Virus record (IMG/VR): IMGVR_UViG_3300046778_000344
Location: 1-34,143 of that record
Origin: a virus
Lineage: Duplodnaviria > Caudoviricetes
DNA: 34,143 nucleotides
Direction: 5' to 3' (one strand)
Shown: one piece after another, positions 19,430 to 28,487 of the stretch
Numbering within the stretch: the first letter of the stretch is position 1
How the letters are laid out: the number at the start of each line of letters is the position of its first letter
The notes under the pieces: generated by a model
The model's input: the letters and a program-made list of their open reading frames with translations, nothing else
The model's database searches: none
Told to the model about the DNA's origin: nothing
Made by a program: the position numbers and the translations under genes

Positions 19430-20383
19430 TTAAAGAAATAAGCCCGATTTCTTTTTGATTATTTTATCAGTGATTCCTTTTTCGACTTTGTCCTGGTAAC
19501 ACGTAAAAACGAGTGGATTAGCCATAATTAATTTCTTGAGCGACTTTAGATATTCCTCGCCCGCTTTTTGACGGGCAGCTTTTAAATCGTTGCGATCTTC
19601 TTTTGAGAGTTCGCTTTGTTTTTCCCATGGCAGCTGATCAGAAGCCACAGTAAAAGAACTATCAGAAAAAATAAAGGTTCCGGTAATAGCAGCTTTGGCC
19701 ACCGTAAAAGCCACAACAGCTTTTCGAGCGATTTCCTGAGCTTCTAAAACAATTGCATTTGTTGACGTTGTTTTAAGAAAATCCAGTGTACAAGAACCCA
19801 ACATCGATTTTAAATATTGATCTTCGACTTCACGCATGTATGGCTTTAATGCCAGGAACGTTTGACGGTTTTTTTGTATCGAAAAATGATCATTGAAAAG
19901 CGAAGTTTGCGACACTATAAAGTCCTTAAAAACCGTGTAGTACTTTGAATCACGCCATTCAGGAAACCCCTGAATATTTTCTTCCATGATTTGGAAAGCG
20001 TCATCGATAGCTTCGTTGTATATTTTGAAAAGCGAACGGTTAAGATCTCGCTTTTCTTTCCAGTCGGTATTTACAGCTTCTTTGTTTTCGGAAGTTTTAG
20101 TACCTGAATTGGTTACCAAAACATTGATCGTTGGCAGAGCCAAAAGCAAAGAAGAGTTAGCAATTGCTTCCTCAAACAATTCTCTTACCTGATTGATTGG
20201 ATCAGTATTTCCCTCCTGAAAAGCATGAGCGACAATATTATTGTATTGCGGGCGACCAATTAAGTCCAGTATTATTTTACGCTCGACACGTTTTGAAAAA
20301 GGTAGAACCTTAGCAAAATCGAATGTTGCTGAAACAATAATGTGACGTTTTAAGTCGGCGATGTTGTTGATTATTCTAGGCAT
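19430..20383 (-). CDS. Putative head-tail adaptor (DUF6712-like)
   Basis: 317 aa helical protein with an apparent internal two-fold repeat, immediately after the portal. Confidence 0.5.
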   Translation of the reverse strand: MPRIINNIADLKRHIIVSATFDFAKVLPFSKRVERKIILDLIGRPQYNNIVAHAFQEGNTDPINQVRELFEEAIANSSLLLALPTINVLVTNSGTKTSENKEAVNTDWKEKRDLNRSLFKIYNEAIDDAFQIMEENIQGFPEWRDSKYYTVFKDFIVSQTSLFNDHFSIQKNRQTFLALKPYMREVEDQYLKSMLGSCTLDFLKTTSTNAIVLEAQEIARKAVVAFTVAKAAITGTFIFSDSSFTVASDQLPWEKQSELSKEDRNDLKAARQKAGEEYLKSLKKLIMANPLVFTCYQDKVEKGITDKIIKKKSGLFL

Positions 20384-20386
20384 GGT

Positions 20387-21718
20387 TTATTTGTGTATTA
20401 CGTTTTCCTGTCCGTTAGGGTTTTTATCTAAAGTGGTCAGGTTTACTCCAGAGAACACTCCGATTAATCTTCTGTCCCAACCGTTAAAAGAGCGGAGAAA
20501 GTTCCAGTCATCGGTAACATAAACTCTTTTAGGCACTAATGAAGCCGAAAGCACTGTGTAAGCTTCACGGATATTAGAACCTGAACCTCCTAAATTTGAA
20601 CCACCCGGAGTTCCCGCACCAATAATGGCAGGATTAACTCCAATAGCGAAAAGAATTTCAGAGTTGGCCGCTGAAGCATCAGGCAAATAAGAGCCGTCTT
20701 TGAGCTTGTTATCTACTGGTTCAATTTTAATACCTTCTACAAATTTTCCGTTTTCTTCGATGATTGGCGCAACGAGAGAACGGCCACTAGCTTTATTACC
20801 TGACATGTGATCATCAATTGCTTCAGACAATTGCTCTCTCATTTTCTGACGTTTATCAGCGTCAAAGTCATCCCATTCTTCTTTGTAAAAAGACTCGAAA
20901 TACAAGTCGGAAACGTAAACAATGTATTTGAAGTGCATTTGGTTTTCAAACAACGCCTGTTTTAGTTCCGGTACCGAATTAGCCACATCCATCCAGCCAT
21001 TACGATCCACAGCATGCCAACCTGGTTTAGGATAGTAATTTTCGTCTGTGTAGGCGTAATTTGATTTGGTACAAAAATTATAGATTGCTTTTTCTTTACA
21101 GATTTCTTTAATTTCCAGAGCAGTTAACCTGTCTTTATCGAAATATGTAATTGGAATATTAAATTTAGGATTAGCAGTTGACCAGTCTGTATTGATAATA
21201 ACTCGCGGAATATCACCCGCTTCATTCATTTTTTCAAAACGACAATGTGCTGCTTGCTGACGAACTACTTTAGTTAATTTATCGCCATTAGCAGATACAA
21301 CCCATTCGGTAAATGCTATTTGAAAGAGAGATAGATCAGATATTTTTGCAATCCAATATTTATCTAAGACATTATTTTCTACGAAGTCGTCAATTTCAGG
21401 GTAATCTTCAAGAAGTTCCTCCTGAAGCTGAACTTTTCCATCTTTGTCTTTTACTTTTATATAAAGAGAAAAACCGTTGCCGTAAGTGGTAGAAGCCAGT
21501 GTATTAATACCTCCAACAGCAGCACCATTTTTAAGAAATTTTTTGTTGTAGAAATTTTGCGGATAAAGATTATCAGAACCCCATTGAACTATTTCAGCAG
21601 CAGTATCTTCATTTGAATTATCTATTTTTATTTTAAGAGACGGAGGAACTACTGACTTACCTAAGCCAGTTAAAGCAACCGATGATTTCCCAACATGTAT
21701 ATTTTTAAAATGCTTCAT
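20387..21718 (-). CDS. Portal protein
   Basis: 443 aa; WGSDNLYP N-terminal motif, YYPKPGW, ILFAIGVNPAIIG...GSGSNIREA; downstream of terminase. Confidence 0.8.
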   Translation of the reverse strand: MKHFKNIHVGKSSVALTGLGKSVVPPSLKIKIDNSNEDTAAEIVQWGSDNLYPQNFYNKKFLKNGAAVGGINTLASTTYGNGFSLYIKVKDKDGKVQLQEELLEDYPEIDDFVENNVLDKYWIAKISDLSLFQIAFTEWVVSANGDKLTKVVRQQAAHCRFEKMNEAGDIPRVIINTDWSTANPKFNIPITYFDKDRLTALEIKEICKEKAIYNFCTKSNYAYTDENYYPKPGWHAVDRNGWMDVANSVPELKQALFENQMHFKYIVYVSDLYFESFYKEEWDDFDADKRQKMREQLSEAIDDHMSGNKASGRSLVAPIIEENGKFVEGIKIEPVDNKLKDGSYLPDASAANSEILFAIGVNPAIIGAGTPGGSNLGGSGSNIREAYTVLSASLVPKRVYVTDDWNFLRSFNGWDRRLIGVFSGVNLTTLDKNPNGQENVIHK

Positions 21719-21719
21719 A

Positions 21720-22061
21720 CTAATAAATAACTTCTAGGTTATTGAATTTTGTGATAAACAGGATATTTATTTTTTTAATCTGACCGCCTGTCAACTCTAT
21801 GTTTCTTGTTTTGTTTTCCCAGTGGTTAGGATTTTTCCTCACCCGAACTGGTCTGTAAAAATGTTCAACATCGATAAATGGTTTTCCTTTTAATTTTTTA
21901 CCAATTAGCAGTTTTGCATTTTGATATTTTTTTAAAACACCACCCATTTTATTATTTCGGTTAAATGTCCTGAATTCGATATCAAAAGAAATCGCATTTC
22001 CATTTGCATCCGTTTTTTTCATCTCCTCCAAAACTTGTCTCAAAAAAATTCTGTTAACCAT
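21720..22061 (-). CDS. Conserved small basic phage protein upstream of portal
   Basis: 113 aa; NPNHWENKTRNI...ITKFNNLEV. Confidence 0.65.
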   Translation of the reverse strand: MVNRIFLRQVLEEMKKTDANGNAISFDIEFRTFNRNNKMGGVLKKYQNAKLLIGKKLKGKPFIDVEHFYRPVRVRKNPNHWENKTRNIELTGGQIKKINILFITKFNNLEVIY

Positions 22062-22065
22062 AATT

Positions 22066-22101
22066 CAAAATTCGGTTTATAAACTATTTTTAAAAAGGAC
22101 A
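22066..22101 (-). promoter_or_regulatory. Putative phage late promoter (portal operon)
   Basis: TGTCCTTTT-N17-CCGAATTTTG, ending 4 nt before the ATG. Confidence 0.7.
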
Positions 22102-22307
22102 CACTTTTTATGTGTCATTTTGTACGCTCAGTATCATAAATAAAAATTCAAACAATTGTTTTTCAATATTTTAAATCTATAAAAGCATTTTTCATTCTCT
22201 TTTTGCATCCATGGATAGCGGCCTGCCCCTAACCTGAATCTACACTTGCCGTTTAAAAAAAAAAGCGATATATGAAGGGCTCGCTGGTTTGAAATCCAGC
22301 AAACCCC

Positions 22308-23900
22308 CTATTTAGTCATCGTATGCCCTTTAAATAATGGAATGAATCCTTTGTCATCTCGTTGAGAGATCAACCTCATGACCTGCTTGTGGTATCTCCA
22401 GTAGAGTGGGATGTCGAACGTATCACTGAAGTGAGTGGCATGCTCAGGTCGGATAGTCTTAGACTTCTCACTTCGCTTATCTTTGATTATTGTGTTAGGT
22501 TTATTACCAGGAATAGCTGGAGCATTCTCCAATGATATAATCAAGTCCGGGCAATTGTTCTCGTTGATCTCTATTGCTGGCAACCCCATAGTACCACCGT
22601 GCTTAAGTAAATAGTTCACAACAATAAACTTCTGATTGTGAGGAGGATTCTCCGAACCCTTACGAACTTTAACTATAACCTTCCAACCATTCCGTTTTAG
22701 ACAAGCAATCGCCTGCTCAGCAAACGTAACTCGTGAGTTAGCCTGAGTGTTATTACCGTTACGGTCATAGTAGAACTCAATGATATTGTTATATTGTTTC
22801 TTATCTTCATAGTAAGGAGAGAACTCTTCATCGATAAGATCATCAATGATCTTAGGCGATATGACAGAGAAAGTCTTAAGCTTACGATAACGTTCGCCCT
22901 GGTCCTGAGACACAGTCATCGAGTTGAAGTTACCCCAGTCAATAGTAATAATCAAAGGCTTAGACTTCATGTAGTCAGTGTCCTGCTTACAATTGAAATC
23001 TTTCTTCTTAGCATTCACTCCTTTAGATCTCAGATACTCGTTATCATAAGCATAACGATAGTAGTGCTTTTTTGGATCTAATGATGGATAGAAACCATTA
23101 GTAACCTTACTCGGTCTAATGTTACGTATCTCAGCATCATAATGCACTTTGGATGGTGCATTGTCCCACATACGTTCAAACCAGTCTTTAGATAGGTTGT
23201 GTTTGTTTACAGCTGCAGGAGCTTTCACAAACAATACCTTCCAAGGTTTCTTTTTAGCCAGAGCTTCTAAATCAGTAAACCATTGGCCTTTCTCGGTCAT
23301 TGCAACTGAAGAAGCATATATCTCAGCATTACAAAGAGGTTGATCTTCATAGAGCCCGCCACAGGTCGAACGGTTACAGGTTTGAACGTTATTAAACAAA
23401 CGCTCTTTATCTAACAAAACCGCCTCATCACCAATAACGATAGAACAGTTAATTCCACGTCCTGAATTCTCCTGATCATTACTAACCAGAATAAATATAA
23501 AACCGTTAGAAAAGTGAATTACATTATCCCATTTATCAGGAGATTGAAAAGACATATCAAAGCCAAGAGACTTTCCGCATTTCCCAACTACATAATCAAT
23601 CCCTTCATAAATACCGAACATCTCCAGTCCGGCTTTTGTAGACGGAAGTGTCCTGGATAAAATTTGCTGGTAAGTTTCCCCAACAATAATCCCCGTGGCT
23701 TTAGGCATTTGCTTAACAGCTTCTTTCACAAACCAACCAAGTATCGTTGATTTACCAGAACCACGAGCCCATTCTAAAACAATGGTTTTTATCCAAACAT
23801 TACATAAGTCAATCGGATTCCAAACCTTTTTACTGGTCGCATGAATAACACTGATTTGAGCAATGTTTAAATAAATTTCATTATGCTTCTTCATCGTCAT
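22308..23900 (-). CDS. terL: Terminase large subunit
   Basis: Walker A ARGSGKST, Walker B VIGDEA, RNase H-like nuclease ITIDWG ... THFSDTFD. Confidence 0.9.
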   Translation of the reverse strand: MTMKKHNEIYLNIAQISVIHATSKKVWNPIDLCNVWIKTIVLEWARGSGKSTILGWFVKEAVKQMPKATGIIVGETYQQILSRTLPSTKAGLEMFGIYEGIDYVVGKCGKSLGFDMSFQSPDKWDNVIHFSNGFIFILVSNDQENSGRGINCSIVIGDEAVLLDKERLFNNVQTCNRSTCGGLYEDQPLCNAEIYASSVAMTEKGQWFTDLEALAKKKPWKVLFVKAPAAVNKHNLSKDWFERMWDNAPSKVHYDAEIRNIRPSKVTNGFYPSLDPKKHYYRYAYDNEYLRSKGVNAKKKDFNCKQDTDYMKSKPLIITIDWGNFNSMTVSQDQGERYRKLKTFSVISPKIIDDLIDEEFSPYYEDKKQYNNIIEFYYDRNGNNTQANSRVTFAEQAIACLKRNGWKVIVKVRKGSENPPHNQKFIVVNYLLKHGGTMGLPAIEINENNCPDLIISLENAPAIPGNKPNTIIKDKRSEKSKTIRPEHATHFSDTFDIPLYWRYHKQVMRLISQRDDKGFIPLFKGHTMTK

Positions 23901-24465
23901 CCTCCTTTACTTCCTGAAAGTCGATGTCTTCAGTATCCAGATTATTAAAATCTATTGAGCCACCATCCTGATGCGCTTCTATAGATTTTAAAACCGATGG
24001 ATGAGTTTTTAAAACATAAGTCTGAGCTTTTAATTTCTCTGGATCAAAGTTTTGAAGTGTTTCTTTATCATAACTACCCAACTTGATACGTAAAGCCATT
24101 GCTTTTAAGTAAGCAGCTTCATCTTTATTTTTTATCGAACGTTGCTGAGATTTAATTAAATCTTCGCCAATGAGGTATTTTTCGGCTTCTTTTTGGTTGG
24201 CAATTGGATTACCAAAAACAGACATCGCATCACTTACATAACGATACGATTGCGCTCTGGAACAACCATACTCAGTCATTATAACCGCCATTGCCTGTTC
24301 TTTTGAATGATAATTAATTAATAAATTCCATGCTTTATAGATACGAATACGGATTTCATCCTGCTTATCACTAAGAGTGACACTATCTTCCCCCTTGAGA
24401 TAATACTTCCGTATCTTATCCAGAGTGGTTATTGTTTTACGTACTACAACAGCGTTAGAACTCAT
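23881..24465 (-). CDS. Terminase small subunit (probable)
   Basis: 194 aa overlapping the terL start; HTH-like YGCSRAQSYRYV; acidic tail. Confidence 0.65.
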   Translation of the reverse strand: MSSNAVVVRKTITTLDKIRKYYLKGEDSVTLSDKQDEIRIRIYKAWNLLINYHSKEQAMAVIMTEYGCSRAQSYRYVSDAMSVFGNPIANQKEAEKYLIGEDLIKSQQRSIKNKDEAAYLKAMALRIKLGSYDKETLQNFDPEKLKAQTYVLKTHPSVLKSIEAHQDGGSIDFNNLDTEDIDFQEVKEDDDEEA

Positions 24466-24483
24466 AAATATTGAATTTTAACG

Positions 24484-24518
24484 CAATTTCAGTAAAGGGA
24501 AAGTGTAGAAAAAGGACA
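24484..24518 (-). promoter_or_regulatory. Putative phage late promoter (terminase operon)
   Basis: TGTCCTTTT-N17-CTGAAATTG, directly after a terminator. Confidence 0.65.
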
Positions 24519-24522
24519 AATA

Positions 24523-24549
24523 AAAAACCCGCTAGAGTAGCGGGTTTTT
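24523..24549. terminator. Intrinsic terminator
   Basis: AAAAACCCGCTA-GAG-TAGCGGGTTTTT. Confidence 0.85.
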
Positions 24550-24571
24550 ACATTTAAAAATCATTAATTTA

Positions 24572-24805
24572 TTAATACTCTACATCAGTAAAATCTACAT
24601 AATAAGCTTTACCTATTTCAAAAGCATTGCTAGCTTCAGTACCATAAGAAACGCTTAAGTGTATTTGACCGTTTGGAGTGTATTTAGAAAATGATTCATT
24701 TTCTTGACTTCCAGCTATAACTGGAACTAATGAAACTGATTTAGTTTCGGATTCCGGAGCATCCACAACCCCGATACAAACAAATTTAGCTCTTACTTTT
24801 GGCAT
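24572..24805 (-). CDS. Small conserved-looking phage protein
   Basis: 77 aa; VRAKFVC...ENESFSKYTPNG...GKAYYVDF; flanked by its own promoter motif and terminator. Confidence 0.7.
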   Translation of the reverse strand: MPKVRAKFVCIGVVDAPESETKSVSLVPVIAGSQENESFSKYTPNGQIHLSVSYGTEASNAFEIGKAYYVDFTDVEY

Positions 24806-24838
24806 AATTTTACATTTTAGTTATTATTAAAGTGACCG

Positions 24839-24873
24839 CAATTTTCAACAATCTGAAGGTTTAAAAAAGGACT
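24839..24873 (-). promoter_or_regulatory. Variant late promoter
   Basis: AGTCCTTTT-N17-TGAAAATTG, overlapping the TS stop codon. Confidence 0.55.
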
Positions 24874-25513
24874 AAGAAACTACATTCAAATTAAACTTCG
24901 AATTCCTTCCAACCAACAACTCTTTCGTTCCTTCTATATTGTTTTCATAAACATGAACATTACCCAGAAACAAAGTAATACTTTTCAGTTGAATATCTAT
25001 TTTTTTGCTAATGAGGTACAAATGATAGATATCTGAGGGCAATCCAAGATTAGCATCGGAACTTCGTTGGTATGCGCTTATGACTAGTTTTCCATTATCT
25101 ATTTGAAATTGAATCAAACTCAAACAAGGCTGTTGATTGCTTTCGGTATTATTGGATCCAAGAAACAATACATAATTTTTTGAAGTTCTTTTCTCTTTGT
25201 TGATTTTTTCAATAAGCTTCGGCAATTGTTCAAAGTAAGTTGGATAACTGTTAACCAAAATAGGTCCGCAATAATCCCACCAGGTAACACCAATTTCGCG
25301 ATATGCTTCTGTGGATCTTTCTCCAGCCATAAACAACAGCAGCTCATCCTTTAATTTCTTTTTAGCCACTGTATGACCTTCAAATAATTCAAGTAAATCA
25401 ATTGGTTTTAACTCCAGTGTTTCATTTAAAAGAAATGTTATTGACCCTTTTTTGTTCTTTTGAACCTTACCTTTTACAAGGATTTTACTTAATATTTTAT
25501 GATATTTATTCAT
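24872..25513 (-). CDS. Thymidylate synthase superfamily protein, dCMP-type specificity residue
   Basis: QPC (Cys130), YQRSSDANLGLPSD, GNVHVY; Asp161 aligns with E. coli ThyA Asn177. Confidence 0.85.
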   Translation of the reverse strand: MNKYHKILSKILVKGKVQKNKKGSITFLLNETLELKPIDLLELFEGHTVAKKKLKDELLLFMAGERSTEAYREIGVTWWDYCGPILVNSYPTYFEQLPKLIEKINKEKRTSKNYVLFLGSNNTESNQQPCLSLIQFQIDNGKLVISAYQRSSDANLGLPSDIYHLYLISKKIDIQLKSITLFLGNVHVYENNIEGTKELLVGRNSKFNLNVVS

Positions 25514-25527
25514 CTGATTTATGTTTT

Positions 25528-26808
25528 TTATTTGAAATAAGTTTCAATTTCATCATTAGACAAAACCTGTCCATTTTTCAGCAATTCAAACTCCAGATGG
25601 TTTTCACGCATGTATTTCACCCATCTTTTTACATCCACATCAACATATCTTGGATCTAGTTCTATTCCTCTACATTGTCTCCAACTCATCTCGCAAGCAA
25701 TCAAAGTAGTGCCAGAACCAAGGAACGAATCCCCAACGATATCATATTGCTTACTACTATTTTTAATTAAATAAACAAACATCAAAACAGGCTTCATTGT
25801 TGGATGATCTTCGCTTCGTAATGGTTTATCAAATTCTATAACAGTAGTTTGTTTTCTGTCCGAATACCATTTATGAGCAGCACCTTCTTTCCATCCGTAA
25901 AGTATTGGCTCATGTTTCCATTGATAATCCTGACGCCCCATTACAATTCCGTTTTTCAACCATACAAGGCATTGAGCTAATTTAAATCCAGCATCTTTTA
26001 AAGCATTCCGGAAGTTAGCACCTTCACTATCCGCATGAAATACATAAATCCCACTTCCTGGCTCCGTATGATCACAAGCCGCTTTATAAAATTCAAAAAG
26101 AAAAGTGTAAAAGTCAGCACTCGACATATTATCATTTTCAATCTGCAACTTGTCTTTAGTACCACCGGTATAATTCACATTGTACGGAGGATCCGTAAGC
26201 AGCAGTTTGAAAAGCAAACCATCAAGTAACTTTTCATAAACATCAGATAATCTACTGTCACCGCAAATAACTTTATGCGTTAATTTCTTTTGAACCGAAC
26301 GCATTTCATACACATCTCCCAAAATCGTAATTGGTTCTTTTGGTAATTTAGGTTCAAAATCCGATTCTTCCTCGCTTTGCAATTCCATCGGTAAACCCAA
26401 ATCAGGAAGAGGAATGTCGTCAACATTTAAACCAAAAGACAATAAATCAACATCATCAAAAATTGCGTTCAAAATATCAACATCCCATTCACCAACAGAA
26501 ACATTCGAACGGATATTATATTCTTTAAACTCCAGTTCCGTAAGCTCACGGTTAGGAACTCGTACATCAATTAAATCTTCACCACGGCCAATTTCCATTA
26601 AAACCACAACACGCTGATGTCCGGCAATAATTATATCATTGGTATTTATAGCAGGAATTTCGGCAAGATTGTACTTTTCTAAACTTTCTCTAAGTTTTTG
26701 TTTTTTGTCTTCAGATAATTTTCTAGGATTGTATTCATACGGAATTAAATCCTTTACTTTTCTTTTTTCGGTTGACCACTCCAAAGGAGCTAATACTAAA
26801 TCATTCAT
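25528..26808 (-). CDS. ParB-like domain fused to N6-adenine/N4-cytosine DNA methyltransferase (beta class)
   Basis: YEYNPR...IIAGHQRV (ParB/Srx); TDPPY precedes HPTMKP and DSFLGSGTT. Confidence 0.9.
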   Translation of the reverse strand: MNDLVLAPLEWSTEKRKVKDLIPYEYNPRKLSEDKKQKLRESLEKYNLAEIPAINTNDIIIAGHQRVVVLMEIGRGEDLIDVRVPNRELTELEFKEYNIRSNVSVGEWDVDILNAIFDDVDLLSFGLNVDDIPLPDLGLPMELQSEEESDFEPKLPKEPITILGDVYEMRSVQKKLTHKVICGDSRLSDVYEKLLDGLLFKLLLTDPPYNVNYTGGTKDKLQIENDNMSSADFYTFLFEFYKAACDHTEPGSGIYVFHADSEGANFRNALKDAGFKLAQCLVWLKNGIVMGRQDYQWKHEPILYGWKEGAAHKWYSDRKQTTVIEFDKPLRSEDHPTMKPVLMFVYLIKNSSKQYDIVGDSFLGSGTTLIACEMSWRQCRGIELDPRYVDVDVKRWVKYMRENHLEFELLKNGQVLSNDEIETYFK

Positions 26809-27541
26809 CTTTTAATAGTTTTCTAATGGTTTCTAAATCAATTTTTAGTTGCTCCAGCTGCTCCAGTTTCCTATTGTACAAATTGAGTAAACCACGATCT
26901 TCAGGAGACGCTTTTACACGCTCGAGCATTGATATTAAGGTTTTTTCTCTTTTGCTAATATTCGACTGCAGGTTATTGCGTCGCATCCATAATTGTTTTT
27001 CAGATAACGCATTGAAGTCCTCGCTTTCTTCAGTAGGCATTATTCTATTGTGGGTTTTCCAATGCCCGAGAATTATCCAAGCACGATCAATCCTGGTCCA
27101 CAGATCATCGAGTTGAATAATAATTTTAAGCGCTTCTTTTTCGTCATCTTCAGCAATAGAGTTCAATTGGAATTTCAACTCACAGGCTAAATAAAAATCA
27201 CTCACACGCTGACGATACGTGGAGTGCAGTTCCATAGGAAAATCAGCCATGGTTTCATTTTGAAAAGAAGCCGCTGCCGACTGCTGTATAATTTCCTTAA
27301 GTAACGGCTCTGGTTTGACCACTTTTTTAGGCTCAGGAGCAATATTTTCCTTTTTTGGTATAATTGCACTACTGCCCGATAAAGAGGCTTTTTTTAGCTC
27401 GTATTTCAGTTTAAGAAAATTAGCAGTGTTTTCTTTAGCAAAGTTTCTTAACACATTAGCATTACACGATGGTAATTGACTGTAAAGCTTCACACCATCA
27501 GCATAAGAACCTTGAGAAGCAAACCACGACTGTATATCCAT
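26801..27541 (-). CDS. Hypothetical coiled-coil phage protein
   Basis: 246 aa, overlaps the methyltransferase start. Confidence 0.7.
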   Translation of the reverse strand: MDIQSWFASQGSYADGVKLYSQLPSCNANVLRNFAKENTANFLKLKYELKKASLSGSSAIIPKKENIAPEPKKVVKPEPLLKEIIQQSAAASFQNETMADFPMELHSTYRQRVSDFYLACELKFQLNSIAEDDEKEALKIIIQLDDLWTRIDRAWIILGHWKTHNRIMPTEESEDFNALSEKQLWMRRNNLQSNISKREKTLISMLERVKASPEDRGLLNLYNRKLEQLEQLKIDLETIRKLLKDE

Positions 27542-27552
27542 ACTAAAACTTT

Positions 27553-27584
27553 AAAAAAAACTCCGAACAAATGCCCGGAGTTTT
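27553..27584 (-). terminator. Probable intrinsic terminator/attenuator after the capsid-tube operon
   Basis: AAAACTCCG-N10-CGGAGTTTT with a T8 run on the minus strand. Confidence 0.6.
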
Positions 27585-27606
27585 ACACAAATCAACTAAA
27601 CACAAA

Positions 27607-27912
27607 CTATTTAAATTCCGCTAATTTTTTCTTTACTTCTTCCTGAATCGTTACGTTATCAGGTTTTACCAAAGCTAAAATTTCAACATCTTCCGTGCGT
27701 TTTGCTTTTCTGATCAGTTCGATAATTACCGAATCTGGTTCTTTTTTGAAAAGCTTTTCAGCACCAGGCTTTAATCCTAAATGCTTAAAACCAGTTTTAA
27801 AAACTTCGTAAGCATTGTTCGGGATTCCGGTACGCAAATCAAACCTAGTCCAATCATTTAAAATAAAAGAACAAAGAATAGTAAGACCTACAACTTCAAA
27901 ACACTTATTCAT
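27607..27912 (-). CDS. Hypothetical protein
   Basis: 101 aa, 1 nt after the tube gene stop. Confidence 0.6.
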   Translation of the reverse strand: MNKCFEVVGLTILCSFILNDWTRFDLRTGIPNNAYEVFKTGFKHLGLKPGAEKLFKKEPDSVIIELIRKAKRTEDVEILALVKPDNVTIQEEVKKKLAEFK

Positions 27913-27913
27913 A

Positions 27914-28483
27914 TTAAGGAATTACAACTGGTTCCTGGATTACTCCAGAGTAAACAATCGGAATACAAAAAGCTTCAAATGTGAAGTTGACAAGTTTATC
28001 ATCTTCACCACCTTTACCAGTTGTTCCTTTAGCTTCTACAACATAAGCTGCATTGAACTTATCTCCTACTAAACGTTTTTGCCCATCACGCTCTGCAACA
28101 CAAAAAACCATCGGAGTATTTTTATGCGTTCTCAGGAAACCTAATGTTTTTTTGTCGTTTCCTGCAACTGAAAAAGGGAAAGAACTTTTTGTTTTCTTGT
28201 TTCCTTTGTTTCCAACCAAATCGACTAAAACTTCTCCTGAGTCAGGCATAATTGCTATTTTCCCCCAACCTTTAGCTTCGAAAAAAGTAATATCCGTAGT
28301 AACCGCCACAGCAGTTTCATAAGAATACCCAACTTCTCCAAAATTTTTAGGCATTGGAAAAACATTTATATGCGGATGAACCGCATAGTAAACATTCACT
28401 TCTGAGACTCCCGCCTGTACTTCGTTATTAATACAAGCTCCTAAGTCTTCTACTGGTAAATCATCAAAACATCCGTCAGCCAT
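27914..28483 (-). CDS. Probable major tail tube protein
   Basis: 189 aa beta-rich; N-terminal Cys/AGV segment and VGD...TTGK...VNFTF pattern seen in Bacteroidota siphovirus tube proteins. Confidence 0.55.
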   Translation of the reverse strand: MADGCFDDLPVEDLGACINNEVQAGVSEVNVYYAVHPHINVFPMPKNFGEVGYSYETAVAVTTDITFFEAKGWGKIAIMPDSGEVLVDLVGNKGNKKTKSSFPFSVAGNDKKTLGFLRTHKNTPMVFCVAERDGQKRLVGDKFNAAYVVEAKGTTGKGGEDDKLVNFTFEAFCIPIVYSGVIQEPVVIP

Positions 28484-28487
28484 GATT

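Noticed and set aside
24872-25513. Ordinary thyA auxiliary gene
   Set aside because: Asp at the Asn177 position and apparent loss of phosphate-binding arginines; gene symbol withheld.
25528-27541. Complete restriction-modification system or ParABS partition locus
   Set aside because: No recognisable endonuclease or ParA; ParB-methyltransferase fusions near terminase genes are common orphan phage genes.
27541-27912. Programmed -1 frameshift tail chaperone pair after the tube gene
   Set aside because: The ORFs are separated by 65 nt containing a terminator-like hairpin; A-runs are too common here to count as slippery sites.
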